DNA of 64,000 nucleotides from Thermodesulfobacteriota bacterium (lineage in GTDB: Bacteria; Desulfobacterota_D; UBA1144; Nemesobacterales; Nemesobacteraceae), in assembly GCA_965220925.1 (NCBI GenBank), contig OZ244851.1, positions 529,192-593,191 of the forward strand, in the 5' to 3' direction. The notes beneath the pieces are model-generated. The model saw nothing but the letters and a program-made list of their open reading frames with translations, searched no databases and was not told the DNA's origin. Below, one piece after another: positions 27,149 to 37,412 of the stretch; within the stretch, counting starts at the first letter, position 1, and each line of letters opens with the position of its first letter. The position numbers and the translations under genes are program-made.

Positions 27149-28855
27149 TTGGCCAAAAAAACTCAAAAAAAAGAAACCCCGAGAAAGTACTCTTCCATTT
27201 ATGTCGAAGGCGCGCATAGAGCGCCTAGCCGCTCCATGCTGAGAGCCGTAGGCTTCACAGACAAAGACTTCAAAAAACCCGTTATAGGGATAGCTTCCAC
27301 ATGGAGCATGGTAACTCCGTGCAACATGCATATAGACCAACTGGCAAAACAAGCGGCCGGGGGAGGCGATAAAGCCGGCGGCAAATCCATAATATTCAAT
27401 ACCATCACCGTATCCGACGGGATATCCATGGGAACTCCGGGAATGAGATACTCCCTCGTATCCAGAGAGGTAATTGCGGATTCCATCGAAACCGTAGCCG
27501 CGGGAGAAGGATTCGACGGAATGGTGGCCATAGGAGGATGCGACAAGAACATGCCCGGATGTCTAATGGCAATGGCCAGGCTTAACAGACCTTCGGTGTT
27601 CGTATATGGCGGGACAATACTTCCCGGCAACTACAGAGGAACGGACGTTGACGTGGTTTCGGTGTTCGAAGCGGTCGGGGCGCATTCAAACAATGACATT
27701 ACGGATTCAGAGCTTAAAGAAATTGAATCCTGCGCGATTCCGGGACCCGGCTCCTGCGGAGGAATGTACACGGCAAACACCATGGCTTCAGCTATAGAGG
27801 CTTTAGGGATGAGTCTTCCGAACAGTTCCGCTCAGGCGGCCGTTTCAAAAGACAAGATAGAGGACTGCAAAAATGCGGGAGCCGCGGTGGTGAATCTTAT
27901 AAGAGAGAACATAACGCCGAGGGACATAATGACGAAAAAAGCCTTCCAAAACGCCATAACCACGGTATTCGCTCTCGGGGGCTCAACGAATTCCGTTCTT
28001 CACCTACTCGCCATGGCGAATGCGGCGGGGGTTAAGCTCACTATAGACGAATTTAACAAAACAGGCAGAAAAACTCCCGTCTTGGCAGATCTTAAGCCGA
28101 GCGGGAAATATATGATGTCGGATTTCTGCAAAATCGGCGGGCTCACCCCGCTGCTTAAGATTCTTCTTGACGAAGGACTTCTCCACGGCGACTGCATTAC
28201 GGTAACGGGCAAAACCCTCAGAGAAAACTTAAAAGGGGTTAAAAGATATCCGAGGAGTCAGAAGATAGTTCATCCGGTAAAAAAACCGATAAAGGAAACC
28301 GGACACATAGTAATTCTCAAAGGTAATATGGCTCCTCAGGGAGCCGTGGCGAAGATAACGGGCAAGGAAGGAACGTCTTTTACGGGGAAAGCCATAGTGT
28401 TTAACTCCGAGGAGCAGAGCCTTAAGGCGATTCTAGACGGGAAAGTAAAAAAAGGCCATGTGGTGGTGGTGAGATACGAAGGACCTAAAGGCGGGCCGGG
28501 AATGAGAGAGATGTTGGCGCCGACGGCGGCTGTTATGGGTAAAGGGCTCGGCGACGATGTCGCTTTGATAACCGACGGTCGTTTTTCGGGAGGAACTCAC
28601 GGGTTTGTCGTAGGGCACATAACCCCAGAGGCGGTTGAAGGCGGAACGCTTGCGCTAGCGAAAAACGGAGATGAAATCACTATCGACGCCTTAAAAAGGG
28701 AAATAACTCTGAAGGTAGACGAGAAAGAACTCGAGAAAAGGAGAAAGCTCTGGAAAAAGCCCGCGGAGAAAGAAAAATCCGGAGTGCTGGCTAAATATTC
28801 AAGGCTCGTTTCCTCAGCCTCCGAGGGCGCGGTAACCGACAGAATCCCCGGATAA
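27149..28855 (+). CDS. ilvD: Dihydroxy-acid dehydratase
   Basis: [37 protein letters not shown] and TDGRFSGG; SD AGGAGG before TTG 27149. Confidence 0.96.
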   Translation: MAKKTQKKETPRKYSSIYVEGAHRAPSRSMLRAVGFTDKDFKKPVIGIASTWSMVTPCNMHIDQLAKQAAGGGDKAGGKSIIFNTITVSDGISMGTPGMRYSLVSREVIADSIETVAAGEGFDGMVAIGGCDKNMPGCLMAMARLNRPSVFVYGGTILPGNYRGTDVDVVSVFEAVGAHSNNDITDSELKEIESCAIPGPGSCGGMYTANTMASAIEALGMSLPNSSAQAAVSKDKIEDCKNAGAAVVNLIRENITPRDIMTKKAFQNAITTVFALGGSTNSVLHLLAMANAAGVKLTIDEFNKTGRKTPVLADLKPSGKYMMSDFCKIGGLTPLLKILLDEGLLHGDCITVTGKTLRENLKGVKRYPRSQKIVHPVKKPIKETGHIVILKGNMAPQGAVAKITGKEGTSFTGKAIVFNSEEQSLKAILDGKVKKGHVVVVRYEGPKGGPGMREMLAPTAAVMGKGLGDDVALITDGRFSGGTHGFVVGHITPEAVEGGTLALAKNGDEITIDALKREITLKVDEKELEKRRKLWKKPAEKEKSGVLAKYSRLVSSASEGAVTDRIPG

Positions 28856-28930
28856 TTCCGAAGAAGGTTCGTCTTAGCGGTAAAATTCGACGTTATTGCC
28901 TATTTTCCCGGCGGAAATATACTTTATTCC

Positions 28931-30127
28931 ATGGAATCGCTTAGAGAAAAAAACGTCGTGGTGGGAATAACGGGCGGCATAGCCGCCTATAAGTCCTGCG
29001 AACTTGTAAGAAGTCTTGTGAAAAACGGAGCGCAGGTGCGTTGCGTAATGACCGAAAACGCCGCGCGTTTTATAACCCCGCTAACACTGCAGACTCTTTC
29101 GGGAAACAAAGTAGCTTCAAGTCTCTTCGATCTGACTTCCGAATCCGAGATAGGTCACATAAAGACAGCGGATGAAGCCGATGTAGTGGCGGTTGCTCCA
29201 GCAAGCGCTTCATTTATAGGTAAAATCGCCTCGGGAATAGCGGACAGTCTTCTCGCAACCGTGATACTGGCCACCAAAGCCCCTGTTATAATCTGTCCGG
29301 CCATGAACGTAAATATGTACTCAAATTCCATAGTGCGGGAAAATTTGGAGAAACTGAGAAAGCATGGATTTACCGTAGTTGAACCCGGTGACGGTTACCT
29401 GGCTTGCGGGTGGACGGGAAAAGGAAGGCTCGCCGAATGGGATATTATAGAACTTGAAATAGCAAAAGCGCTCACAAAACAGGACTTTTCGGGAAGAAAA
29501 ATCTTGATAAGCGCGGGAGCAACTAGGGAGCACATAGATCCCGTAAGATTTATATCCAACCCTTCCACAGGAAAGATGGGATACTCAATAGCCAAAGCGG
29601 CCTGGCTTAGGGGAGCTTCGGTAACTCTGGTCTCGGGATATTCATCTTTACCCGATCCTTATGGAGTGAAAACAGCGCGGGTGACAGATTCGGCCGATAT
29701 GTACGAAAAGATGCACGAAAATTTCGCTTCCGCGGATATAGTGATAAAATCGGCAGCCGTAAGTGATTATACACCTTCTGAGAAATCGAGCGAAAAGATA
29801 AAAAAAGCCAAAAAAGAGCTTTCAATACCCCTTAAGAAAACCTGTGACATACTAAAATCGCTCGGAGCGAATAAAGGAGACAAGATTCTAGTGGGATTCG
29901 CCGCCGAGACCGAGAATCTGATCAGTAACTCCGAGAAGAAACTAAAGGAAAAGAATCTCGATCTCATAGTCGCAAACGACGTAACCGCTCCGAAAGCCGG
30001 CTTCGGAGAAGATACCAACATCGCTTGGTTTCTGGACGGAGAGGGAACTGAGAAACTTCCTCTTATGAGCAAATTTGAGCTTTCAAACAGAATTCTCGAC
30101 AGGATAAGAGAAATAAAAACAAGTTAG
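28931..30127 (+). CDS. coaBC: Bifunctional phosphopantothenoylcysteine decarboxylase/synthetase
   Basis: GGIAAYK, PAMNVNM, LACG..GKGR, IDPVRFISN.STGKMG and VGFAAET. Confidence 0.97.
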   Translation: MESLREKNVVVGITGGIAAYKSCELVRSLVKNGAQVRCVMTENAARFITPLTLQTLSGNKVASSLFDLTSESEIGHIKTADEADVVAVAPASASFIGKIASGIADSLLATVILATKAPVIICPAMNVNMYSNSIVRENLEKLRKHGFTVVEPGDGYLACGWTGKGRLAEWDIIELEIAKALTKQDFSGRKILISAGATREHIDPVRFISNPSTGKMGYSIAKAAWLRGASVTLVSGYSSLPDPYGVKTARVTDSADMYEKMHENFASADIVIKSAAVSDYTPSEKSSEKIKKAKKELSIPLKKTCDILKSLGANKGDKILVGFAAETENLISNSEKKLKEKNLDLIVANDVTAPKAGFGEDTNIAWFLDGEGTEKLPLMSKFELSNRILDRIREIKTS

Positions 30128-30274
30128 AAAGGATTATTCATGGTGGTATAAGCAAACATAACCAACCGGCTATAACACGATTGACCGAAAAATTGTTACA
30201 TAGCTTAAATTTTGTTACGTTATTTTGTAAGTTGCTGTGGTTTCGAACTAATAGTTCGGTCTGATTTTCGACAA

Positions 30275-31480
30275 GTGAAAAATTTAATCAATAACATAAG
30301 AAAACACTTCAATGCGAATCACTACCTCAGTGAAGAAGCGGTAAAGAGCCGAATTTGCGATCCGATTTTACGAGAATTGAACTGGGATATCAATTCTCCC
30401 ATTCAAGTAGTACCCGAATACAAGATTGATAACTTGAGGGTGGACATTGCGTTATGCGTTTCGTATGCAAAACCGGTGATATTCATTGAAGTAAAAGCTC
30501 CAAGAAAATGTTCTCTGGATGGAGAGAAACAGATTTTCGATTATGCGGCCCGGGAAGGCGGTATCCCCATGATAATATTTACCGACGGCAACGAATGGCA
30601 CTTTTACAATACTTACGGCACCGGCAATTATAAATCCAGAAAGGCCAAAACCCTTGAACTTACCAGAGACAGCTTAGACGACTCAATTAAGTGTTTTCGT
30701 CGTTATCTGCAATACGAGCAAGTAAAAACAGAACGGGCTTTTGAGAATTTACGTAAAGATTATTTTGAGCTTCGTCAAAAAGAAGAAGCTAAATTAAAAA
30801 TTCCCGAGGCTTGGCATTCTCTAGTTGACGGTTTGAGCGAGGAACTAATCGGCGTTATTATCGCCCAGGTAGAAAGAAATAGCGCCGGGAACCTGAAACC
30901 CGACAACAAGGACGTCTTGGACTTTCTGCGAACATTGAAACCGCAGAAAGCTCCGCGGAGGGACGCTGCCGGATCTCGCGGAGACTCAAGCCGCGCGGAA
31001 TCGAAGCCGCGTAGAGTTTCAAAACCGGATGCCGCGACAATGGCCTCCGTAACCGTATCCCCTGACCAGCCTTCATCCCCTTCATCGCCGGTCTACCGCT
31101 ACAAAATCAATGGACAAGTATACAAAAGTAAAAGCGGTAAGGATTTATACGTGGAAGTGCTAGACTATGTTCTCTCCAAATATGACCGGATTGAAGAACT
31201 TAAAGACTTAAATTGCAATAAAATCAAAAGTGCCGAGTTTGGTTCCGGGTACCATATCTCGGAATATAAAAATGAAGTTCCCAAAAAAGACGAACAGAAA
31301 GCAATATTGCCGAAGACAAAACTGTGGGTCAATATTAATACGTCATCTAAAGATAAGTCCTCCAAGCTTCTAGCTATAGGTAGTTTTTATAATCAAGCTG
31401 AGAGCAAAAAAATCCTGGGCGAATGGAATAGCGGGGCCGAGGTGGAGTTTGATATTCCCACACGGCAATCAAAACAGTAA
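30275..31480 (+). CDS. HsdR_N-like PD-(D/E)xK nuclease with a predicted C-terminal DNA-binding domain
   Basis: EEAVKSRICDPILRELNW, PEY....RVDIAL, IFIEVK, QIFDY and TDGNEWHFY; low-complexity linker, then a ~120-aa C-terminal domain. Confidence 0.75.
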   Translation: MKNLINNIRKHFNANHYLSEEAVKSRICDPILRELNWDINSPIQVVPEYKIDNLRVDIALCVSYAKPVIFIEVKAPRKCSLDGEKQIFDYAAREGGIPMIIFTDGNEWHFYNTYGTGNYKSRKAKTLELTRDSLDDSIKCFRRYLQYEQVKTERAFENLRKDYFELRQKEEAKLKIPEAWHSLVDGLSEELIGVIIAQVERNSAGNLKPDNKDVLDFLRTLKPQKAPRRDAAGSRGDSSRAESKPRRVSKPDAATMASVTVSPDQPSSPSSPVYRYKINGQVYKSKSGKDLYVEVLDYVLSKYDRIEELKDLNCNKIKSAEFGSGYHISEYKNEVPKKDEQKAILPKTKLWVNINTSSKDKSSKLLAIGSFYNQAESKKILGEWNSGAEVEFDIPTRQSKQ

Positions 31481-31541
31481 TTCACCAGGAATCTTCACTT
31501 AATATAGAGATATAAATTTAGCCTAGGATATTGCTTACATT

Positions 31542-32561
31542 TCAGAGAGTTATCATTATTTTCAGGCTCCGCTCGGGGTTTCCGGCGAGGGTAAATCCGC
31601 TTTGAATATCACTCAGTGAGAACCTGTGGGTAATCATTTTCTTTACGTCGACCTGCCTTCTTTCTATAAGCGAGACAGCCTCCTTGAGATCTTGAGGAGC
31701 CGCCGCATAGGAACTTACGGTTCGAATTCCCGACCACCAGTATTCGTTAAAGGGAAGATTAAGAGCAAAATCCGGGTCAGAAGGAGCGAAAAAAAGAATC
31801 TTCCCGGAGGGCGAGACAAGTTCAAAAGCGCTTTCTATAGCGGCGCGCGCTCCGGTACAGACTATCACCAAGTCGGAGAGATATCCCGAGTTGTGTTCTT
31901 TTATTAGAGAGGTTATGTCCTCGCCGGAATTAAAAGCCTGATCGGCGCCGAACTCCAAAGCTTTTTTAAGCTTGAATTCGTTTGAATCGGTCGCGAAAAC
32001 CGGACTCGCTCCGAGAAAAAGAGCATATTGAAGGCAAAGAAGTCCGGCGGTTCCACTTCCCAAAATCGTCACGCTCTCCCCTTTCTCCAGTCCCACGGCG
32101 CGAATCGCTCTCACAACGCAGCCCAACGGTTCGGTAAACGATCCTTCCTCGAAAGAAACGCTATCCGGTAGACGAAGAACTCCCTGCATGACGTTTGGAG
32201 GCGCTACGCATAAGTATTCGGAAAAACCGCCTGGATTAAATCCGGATTTTCTTATCGAGGGACAATTCGTATGTCTGCCGGTAAGGCAGTAGCGACATTC
32301 GTTGCAGGGAACATGATGAGTAGCGGTTACCCGGTCGCCTTTTTGGAAGCGGCTTTCCCCCCTACCCGTCTCAACAACTTCGCCTGCTATTTCGTGGCCC
32401 AAGACCACGGGAGCCTTCGGAGTTCTGTACCACTCCATAAGATCGCTACCGCAGATACCGCTTGCCCGAACTTTTATGAGAATTTCCCCTTCGCCGGGTT
32501 GCGGACGGGGAATCTCCTCGATCCTTATATCGTTGTTGTTGTAATAAACCGCTACTAGCAT
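31542..32561 (-). CDS. Zn-dependent medium-chain alcohol dehydrogenase (sorbitol/threonine DH-like)
   Basis: GICGSD, GHE, CxxCxxC...C structural Zn site and GSGTAG. Confidence 0.88.
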   Translation of the reverse strand: MLVAVYYNNNDIRIEEIPRPQPGEGEILIKVRASGICGSDLMEWYRTPKAPVVLGHEIAGEVVETGRGESRFQKGDRVTATHHVPCNECRYCLTGRHTNCPSIRKSGFNPGGFSEYLCVAPPNVMQGVLRLPDSVSFEEGSFTEPLGCVVRAIRAVGLEKGESVTILGSGTAGLLCLQYALFLGASPVFATDSNEFKLKKALEFGADQAFNSGEDITSLIKEHNSGYLSDLVIVCTGARAAIESAFELVSPSGKILFFAPSDPDFALNLPFNEYWWSGIRTVSSYAAAPQDLKEAVSLIERRQVDVKKMITHRFSLSDIQSGFTLAGNPERSLKIMITL

Positions 32562-32605
32562 GGAACAGGGCACATAATTACATTGCGGAAAGAAAAATTG
32601 TCCGC

Positions 32606-33403
32606 TTAGGAGTTTTCTTCTCTTAGTTCGACAAAAAGTTCATGCGCCTGCTTGGGAGTCATGTTTTCGTGAACTATGCCGCGTATCGCTCTTATAATCG
32701 CTACGGGATTATCGCGCTGCCATATGTTTCTCCCCATATCCACCCCCGCCGCGCCTTGGGATATCGCATCGTGAGTCATATTGAAAACATCCATCTCCGT
32801 GTCAAGTTTTGGACCGCCGGCGATTACTATCGGAACAGGACAGCTTTGGGTTACTTTCTCAAAATCGTCGCAGTAATAGGTTTTTACCAGACGCGCCCCG
32901 AGTTCGGCACATATTCTGCAGCAAAGCGCAAGATACCTAGCGTCTCTTTTCTCAAGCTCCTTTCCCACGGCGGTTATACCGAGAACCGGAATTCCGTATT
33001 TTTCTCCTTGGTTGACAAGCTCCGAAAGACCCAAAAGCGTCTGTCTTTCAAACTCGGTTCCTACGAAAACCGAAAGACCCACTCCCGCGACGTTAAGTCT
33101 TATAGCTTCCTCGAAATCGGTGGTAAGTCCTTCGTTTTCAAGATTTGGGCCCGCTATGCTGGTTCCTCCGGAGACTCTTAGAACCACGTTCGCTCCCGAC
33201 TCGGGAGAGACCGATGTTCTGAGGATTCCCCTGGTAAGCATTATAGTGTCGGCGTAGGGAAGAAGCGGGGTTATCGTGTCGGAGGGAACCTCAAGGCGGT
33301 GAGTGGGACCCAGAAAATAACCGTGATCAAGGGCTAGCATAACAGCTCTTCCGGTATCCGGTCGTATAATGCGAGCCATTCTGTTTTTCATTCCCCAATC
33401 CAT
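32606..33403 (-). CDS. lsrF: LsrF-like class I aldolase/thiolase (DhnA family)
   Basis: MDWGMKNRMARII, MLALDHGY, VKTYY (Schiff-base Lys), IAGGPK and GVDMGRNIWQ. Confidence 0.8.
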   Translation of the reverse strand: MDWGMKNRMARIIRPDTGRAVMLALDHGYFLGPTHRLEVPSDTITPLLPYADTIMLTRGILRTSVSPESGANVVLRVSGGTSIAGPNLENEGLTTDFEEAIRLNVAGVGLSVFVGTEFERQTLLGLSELVNQGEKYGIPVLGITAVGKELEKRDARYLALCCRICAELGARLVKTYYCDDFEKVTQSCPVPIVIAGGPKLDTEMDVFNMTHDAISQGAAGVDMGRNIWQRDNPVAIIRAIRGIVHENMTPKQAHELFVELREENS

Positions 33404-33626
33404 CGGAAAACACACCTCCCATTGCGGTTTGGCTAAACTCTAGAGTAATACCGACTCCATGTCAAACGCGTAGCGAGGCCGTTTTGTTACGAAGACGGCC
33501 GTAAAAACGCTTGCGTTTAAAATATCTCGGAAATTCTCAAGACAACTTCTACGGTTTTTGTGTATACTCACATTTAAGTCGAATTGAACCTTTTTTCCCC
33601 CGAGAACCACGGCCGGATAATTAAAA

Positions 33627-34757
33627 ATGAGTAAAAAACATTCCGGAAAAAACTTAAACGGATTCACGATTCTTTGGCTTTTACCATTGGTCGTGTTTTT
33701 GTCTCTCGCTATGTCCTCATGCGAAGAGGACGAAAGCGGTCCCAGGGTGGGAATTGTGTATGACCAGGCGGGAAAAGGCGACGGATCGTTTAACGATTCC
33801 GCCTACGAAGGAGTTAAAAGAGCTCGCGGCGAGCTTGGTGCGAGAATAAGCGAAGAAACTACGGACGGGGCGGAGAGCAACAGAGAGGAACTCATTCGAT
33901 CTCTTGCCAAAGATAACGATCTCGTGATAGCCGTGGGGTTTTCGTTTGAGAACGCAATAAAAAAAGTCGCAAAGGAGTATCCCGACGTAAACTTCGCGGG
34001 AGTAGACGTTCTTCAAAGAGATAACTCGCCCGCTAATTTGGCAAGCCTGCTGTTTGAAGACCCGGAAGGCGCGTTTCTCGTGGGAATCGCGGCGGCGCTT
34101 AAGACCGAAAACGACAGAGTCGGTTTCATAGGAGGTGTATGCGAAACTCCTGACGAACTTATTGAAAAGTTCGAAGCCGGGTTCATTGAGGGAGTTTTCA
34201 CCATGGCGCGGACTTTGGGAAAAGATATAACGATTAAAACCGAATATCTCTCCCAATTCATAAATCCCATAACCGGAGAACCCGATATAAGCGGATTCAA
34301 CGATCCCGACAAAGCCAACATAGTGGCGAAGGAAATGTTCGAGTCAGGTTCGGACGTTATTTTTCACGCGGCCGGAGGTTCGGGAGAGGGTCTTTTTGAA
34401 GCGGCCAAGCAGTTCAGCGAGTCGGAAGGAACTAAAGTGTGGGCTATAGGAGTAGACTCGGATCAGTACCTGACCGCGAATGAATCCGTTCGGGAGCATA
34501 TACTGACTTCCATGCTAAGAAGAGTGGATACGGCGGTTTACAACATCATAAAAGCTCAAAAAGACGGGGAGTTTGCGGGGAAAGAGGTAATTAACAATCT
34601 TGCAAACGACGGAGTGGGTTACGCGACGTCGGGAGGCTTCACGGACGATATAAGAGAACTTGTAGAAGCCGCGAAGACTCTTCTACTGAAAAACTTTCTG
34701 AATCTCCCAGCCAAGCCGGAAAAAGGATGTCGGGAACCTCAGATTTATTCCAATTAA
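33627..34757 (+). CDS. BMP-family ABC substrate-binding lipoprotein (nucleoside-binding type)
   Basis: Lipobox MSS|C, GDGSFNDSAYEG, VGFIGG, DVIFHAAGGSG and IGVDSDQ. Confidence 0.88.
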   Translation: MSKKHSGKNLNGFTILWLLPLVVFLSLAMSSCEEDESGPRVGIVYDQAGKGDGSFNDSAYEGVKRARGELGARISEETTDGAESNREELIRSLAKDNDLVIAVGFSFENAIKKVAKEYPDVNFAGVDVLQRDNSPANLASLLFEDPEGAFLVGIAAALKTENDRVGFIGGVCETPDELIEKFEAGFIEGVFTMARTLGKDITIKTEYLSQFINPITGEPDISGFNDPDKANIVAKEMFESGSDVIFHAAGGSGEGLFEAAKQFSESEGTKVWAIGVDSDQYLTANESVREHILTSMLRRVDTAVYNIIKAQKDGEFAGKEVINNLANDGVGYATSGGFTDDIRELVEAAKTLLLKNFLNLPAKPEKGCREPQIYSN

Positions 34758-34803
34758 CCAAAACCTAAAACGAAGCGAGCATGTCTTTTTAGCGGGAAGG
34801 CTT

Positions 34804-35985
34804 TTAATTTTTCGCTAACGCTCTTACGGATCTGAAAGCCTCAAGAGCGCGAGATATATGATCCCGCGTGTGCGTAGCCATAAGCGAAACTCTTATTCTG
34901 CACTTCCCGGCCGGAACCGAAGGAGGTCTTACCGCGGGAGCATAAACTCCTTGTTTTCGAAGCGCATCGGCCAACTCGAGCGTGGCGTCGGGTTCTCCTG
35001 TCAGTATTGGCAAAATAGCGCTTTGAGACGGAAGCACGTGAAATCCCATGTCGCAAAGACCTGTTTTAAAAGTATCGACAAGTTCGGTCAGATGCTTTCT
35101 CCTCTGCGGCTCGCTCTCTATAATTTCTATCGCCTTCATTGACGCCGCAACGGAAGCCGCGGGAAGAGAAGTATCGAAAATATAACTTCTGACTCTGTTT
35201 CGAACAAAATCAATAAGAGCGCGGCTACCGGCCACGTACCCTCCCAGGGAACCCACGGCTTTTGAGAGAGTGCCCATAACTACCGGAACTCTTTTTTCAA
35301 CCGCGAAATGCTGCGTGGCTCCCGCCCCAGTCTCTCCGAGCACTCCCATCGCGTGAGCTTCGTCAACCATCAGCATGCAGCCGTGGCGTTTCGAAACGGC
35401 GCAAATTTTCTCTAAGTCCACAAGGTCTCCATCCATGCTGAATACCGTATCCGTGACTATCAGTTTTTTTCCTTTTCCGCGGGTTTTGGAAATCATTCGG
35501 TCAAGGGCATCGATATCCAAATGAGGATAAACTTTCGTATTCGCTCGCGATAGCCTGCACCCGTCTATTATCGAAGCGTGGTTAAGCTCGTCGCTAAACA
35601 CGACATCGCCTTCTCCGACAAGCGCCGCTATAGTTCCGACATTGGCCAGATAACCGCTTGAGAAAAGAATTGCGGCTTCCGTGGATTTAAACTCGGCTAT
35701 TTTTCTCTCAAGCTTCGCGTGGAGATCCGAACTTCCGCTCACAAGCCTCGAGCCTCCGGAACTCGTGCCATATTTCGCAAGGGCGGTTTGCGCGGCCTCT
35801 ATCAGTCTCGGATCGGTTGAAAGGCCCAGATAGTTGTTTGAAGCGAGAAGAATGTATTTTTTCCCGTCAATAAATATTTCGGGGGACTGTCCCGATGAAA
35901 TCTCGGTAAGAGTTCTGAAAAGGCGATTGTCTCGAATGGATTTTATTTCATCTTCAATCCACTCGATAGAATCGGAAAATTGCAT
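34804..35985 (-). CDS. bioF: 8-amino-7-oxononanoate synthase
   Basis: SNNYLGL, DELNHASIIDG, FSMDGD, VDEAH, GTLSKA and RPPSVP. Confidence 0.93.
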   Translation of the reverse strand: MQFSDSIEWIEDEIKSIRDNRLFRTLTEISSGQSPEIFIDGKKYILLASNNYLGLSTDPRLIEAAQTALAKYGTSSGGSRLVSGSSDLHAKLERKIAEFKSTEAAILFSSGYLANVGTIAALVGEGDVVFSDELNHASIIDGCRLSRANTKVYPHLDIDALDRMISKTRGKGKKLIVTDTVFSMDGDLVDLEKICAVSKRHGCMLMVDEAHAMGVLGETGAGATQHFAVEKRVPVVMGTLSKAVGSLGGYVAGSRALIDFVRNRVRSYIFDTSLPAASVAASMKAIEIIESEPQRRKHLTELVDTFKTGLCDMGFHVLPSQSAILPILTGEPDATLELADALRKQGVYAPAVRPPSVPAGKCRIRVSLMATHTRDHISRALEAFRSVRALAKN

Positions 35986-35991
35986 CTATAC

Positions 35992-37350
35992 TTATACCTC
36001 TTCGGTAACCTTCTTTATTGAAAGATAAGTCGCTCTCAGGAGCTTTCGAAGATCCTCGGCGGCGATTCCCACCGGGGGCATGAGCACAACCACGTTTCCA
36101 AGCGGTCTTATAAGAACTCCGTGCGAAAGCGCTTCGTCGGCCACGCGCCACCCTATTTTTTCCGCCACATCGTAGGGTATTTTCTTTTCCTTATCTCTAA
36201 CAAGTTCTATCCCCGCCATAAACCCCTTGTTTCTAACATCTCCGACATGGGAAAGACCTTCAAACTCCCTGAGCTCGTCTTCCAGAAAGCGCGTCTTTTC
36301 GGAAAGTTCCGAGAGTGTGTCGTTATTTCGAAAAGCCTCGAGGTTTCCCATCGCGGCCGCGCAAGACAGGGGATTGCCGGCATAGCTATGGCCGTGGAAA
36401 AAAGTCTTGAGTTCTTCGTAGTCTCCGAGAAACTCCTGGTAAACCTCATCGGTCGTAATCGTAGCCGACAGGGGAAGATATCCGCCGGTCATCCCCTTCC
36501 CTAAAACCATAATATCGGGCGTCACGCGGTCATGTTCGCACGCGAACATTTTCCCCGTCCTTCCAAAACCCGTCGCCACCTCGTCGACTATCATCAACAC
36601 TTCGTACTTCGTGCAGTATTCCCTGATTTTGGAAAGATATCCGTCGGGAGAAACTATCATTCCTCCGGCGGCCTGTACGCACGGCTCAAGTATAACGGCG
36701 GCTATCTCTTCATGATGTTCTCGAAGTATTTTGCCAACTTCGTCGGCGCACGCGATCCCGCATCCGGGAAAGCTTTTTCCGAGAGGACATCTGTAACAGT
36801 AATATGAAGGTGCTCTGAATGTCTTAAACAAAAGAGGAGCGAAGGCTTTGTGAAAAGCATCTATTCCTCCAACTGAGACGGCTCCTAGAGTGTCGCCGTG
36901 GTATCCGTTATCAAGACATAAAAACGCTTTTTTTTCAGGTTTCCCCTTATAAGACCAGTACTGAAACGCCATTTTAAGCGCAACTTCCACGGCGCTCGCT
37001 CCGTCGCCGGAGTAAAAAACTTTTTTAAGACCCGGGGGGCAGATCTCTACAAGTTCCTTGGCAAGCTTGGCCGCCGGAGGATTCGTTATGCCGAGAAGCG
37101 TGCTGTGGCTTACAAGCTCAAGCTGCTTTTTTATCGCCTCATCTATCTCGGTGACTCCATGGCCATGGATATTCACCCAGAGGGACGAAACGCCGTCTAT
37201 GTACTTTTTCCCTTCCGAATCTATCAGGTAGGAACCTTCGGCGCGCTCGATAATTATAGGGTCTTTTTGCAAGTAATCCTTCATCTGGGTAAACGGATGC
37301 CAGACGAATTCTTTGTCGTAAGATCCTATCTGCTTCGATTCTTCAGTCAT
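35992..37350 (-). CDS. bioA: DAPA aminotransferase
   Basis: VWHPFTQM, YHGDTLGA, DEVATGFGRTG, GKGMTGGYLP and FFHGHSY. Confidence 0.94.
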   Translation of the reverse strand: MTEESKQIGSYDKEFVWHPFTQMKDYLQKDPIIIERAEGSYLIDSEGKKYIDGVSSLWVNIHGHGVTEIDEAIKKQLELVSHSTLLGITNPPAAKLAKELVEICPPGLKKVFYSGDGASAVEVALKMAFQYWSYKGKPEKKAFLCLDNGYHGDTLGAVSVGGIDAFHKAFAPLLFKTFRAPSYYCYRCPLGKSFPGCGIACADEVGKILREHHEEIAAVILEPCVQAAGGMIVSPDGYLSKIREYCTKYEVLMIVDEVATGFGRTGKMFACEHDRVTPDIMVLGKGMTGGYLPLSATITTDEVYQEFLGDYEELKTFFHGHSYAGNPLSCAAAMGNLEAFRNNDTLSELSEKTRFLEDELREFEGLSHVGDVRNKGFMAGIELVRDKEKKIPYDVAEKIGWRVADEALSHGVLIRPLGNVVVLMPPVGIAAEDLRKLLRATYLSIKKVTEEV

Positions 37351-37412
37351 CTTCGTCGACCCGGAATTCGCAAAAGTGAAAAAATATCCTGAGAACTACT
37401 CGCGGCAAAGAG

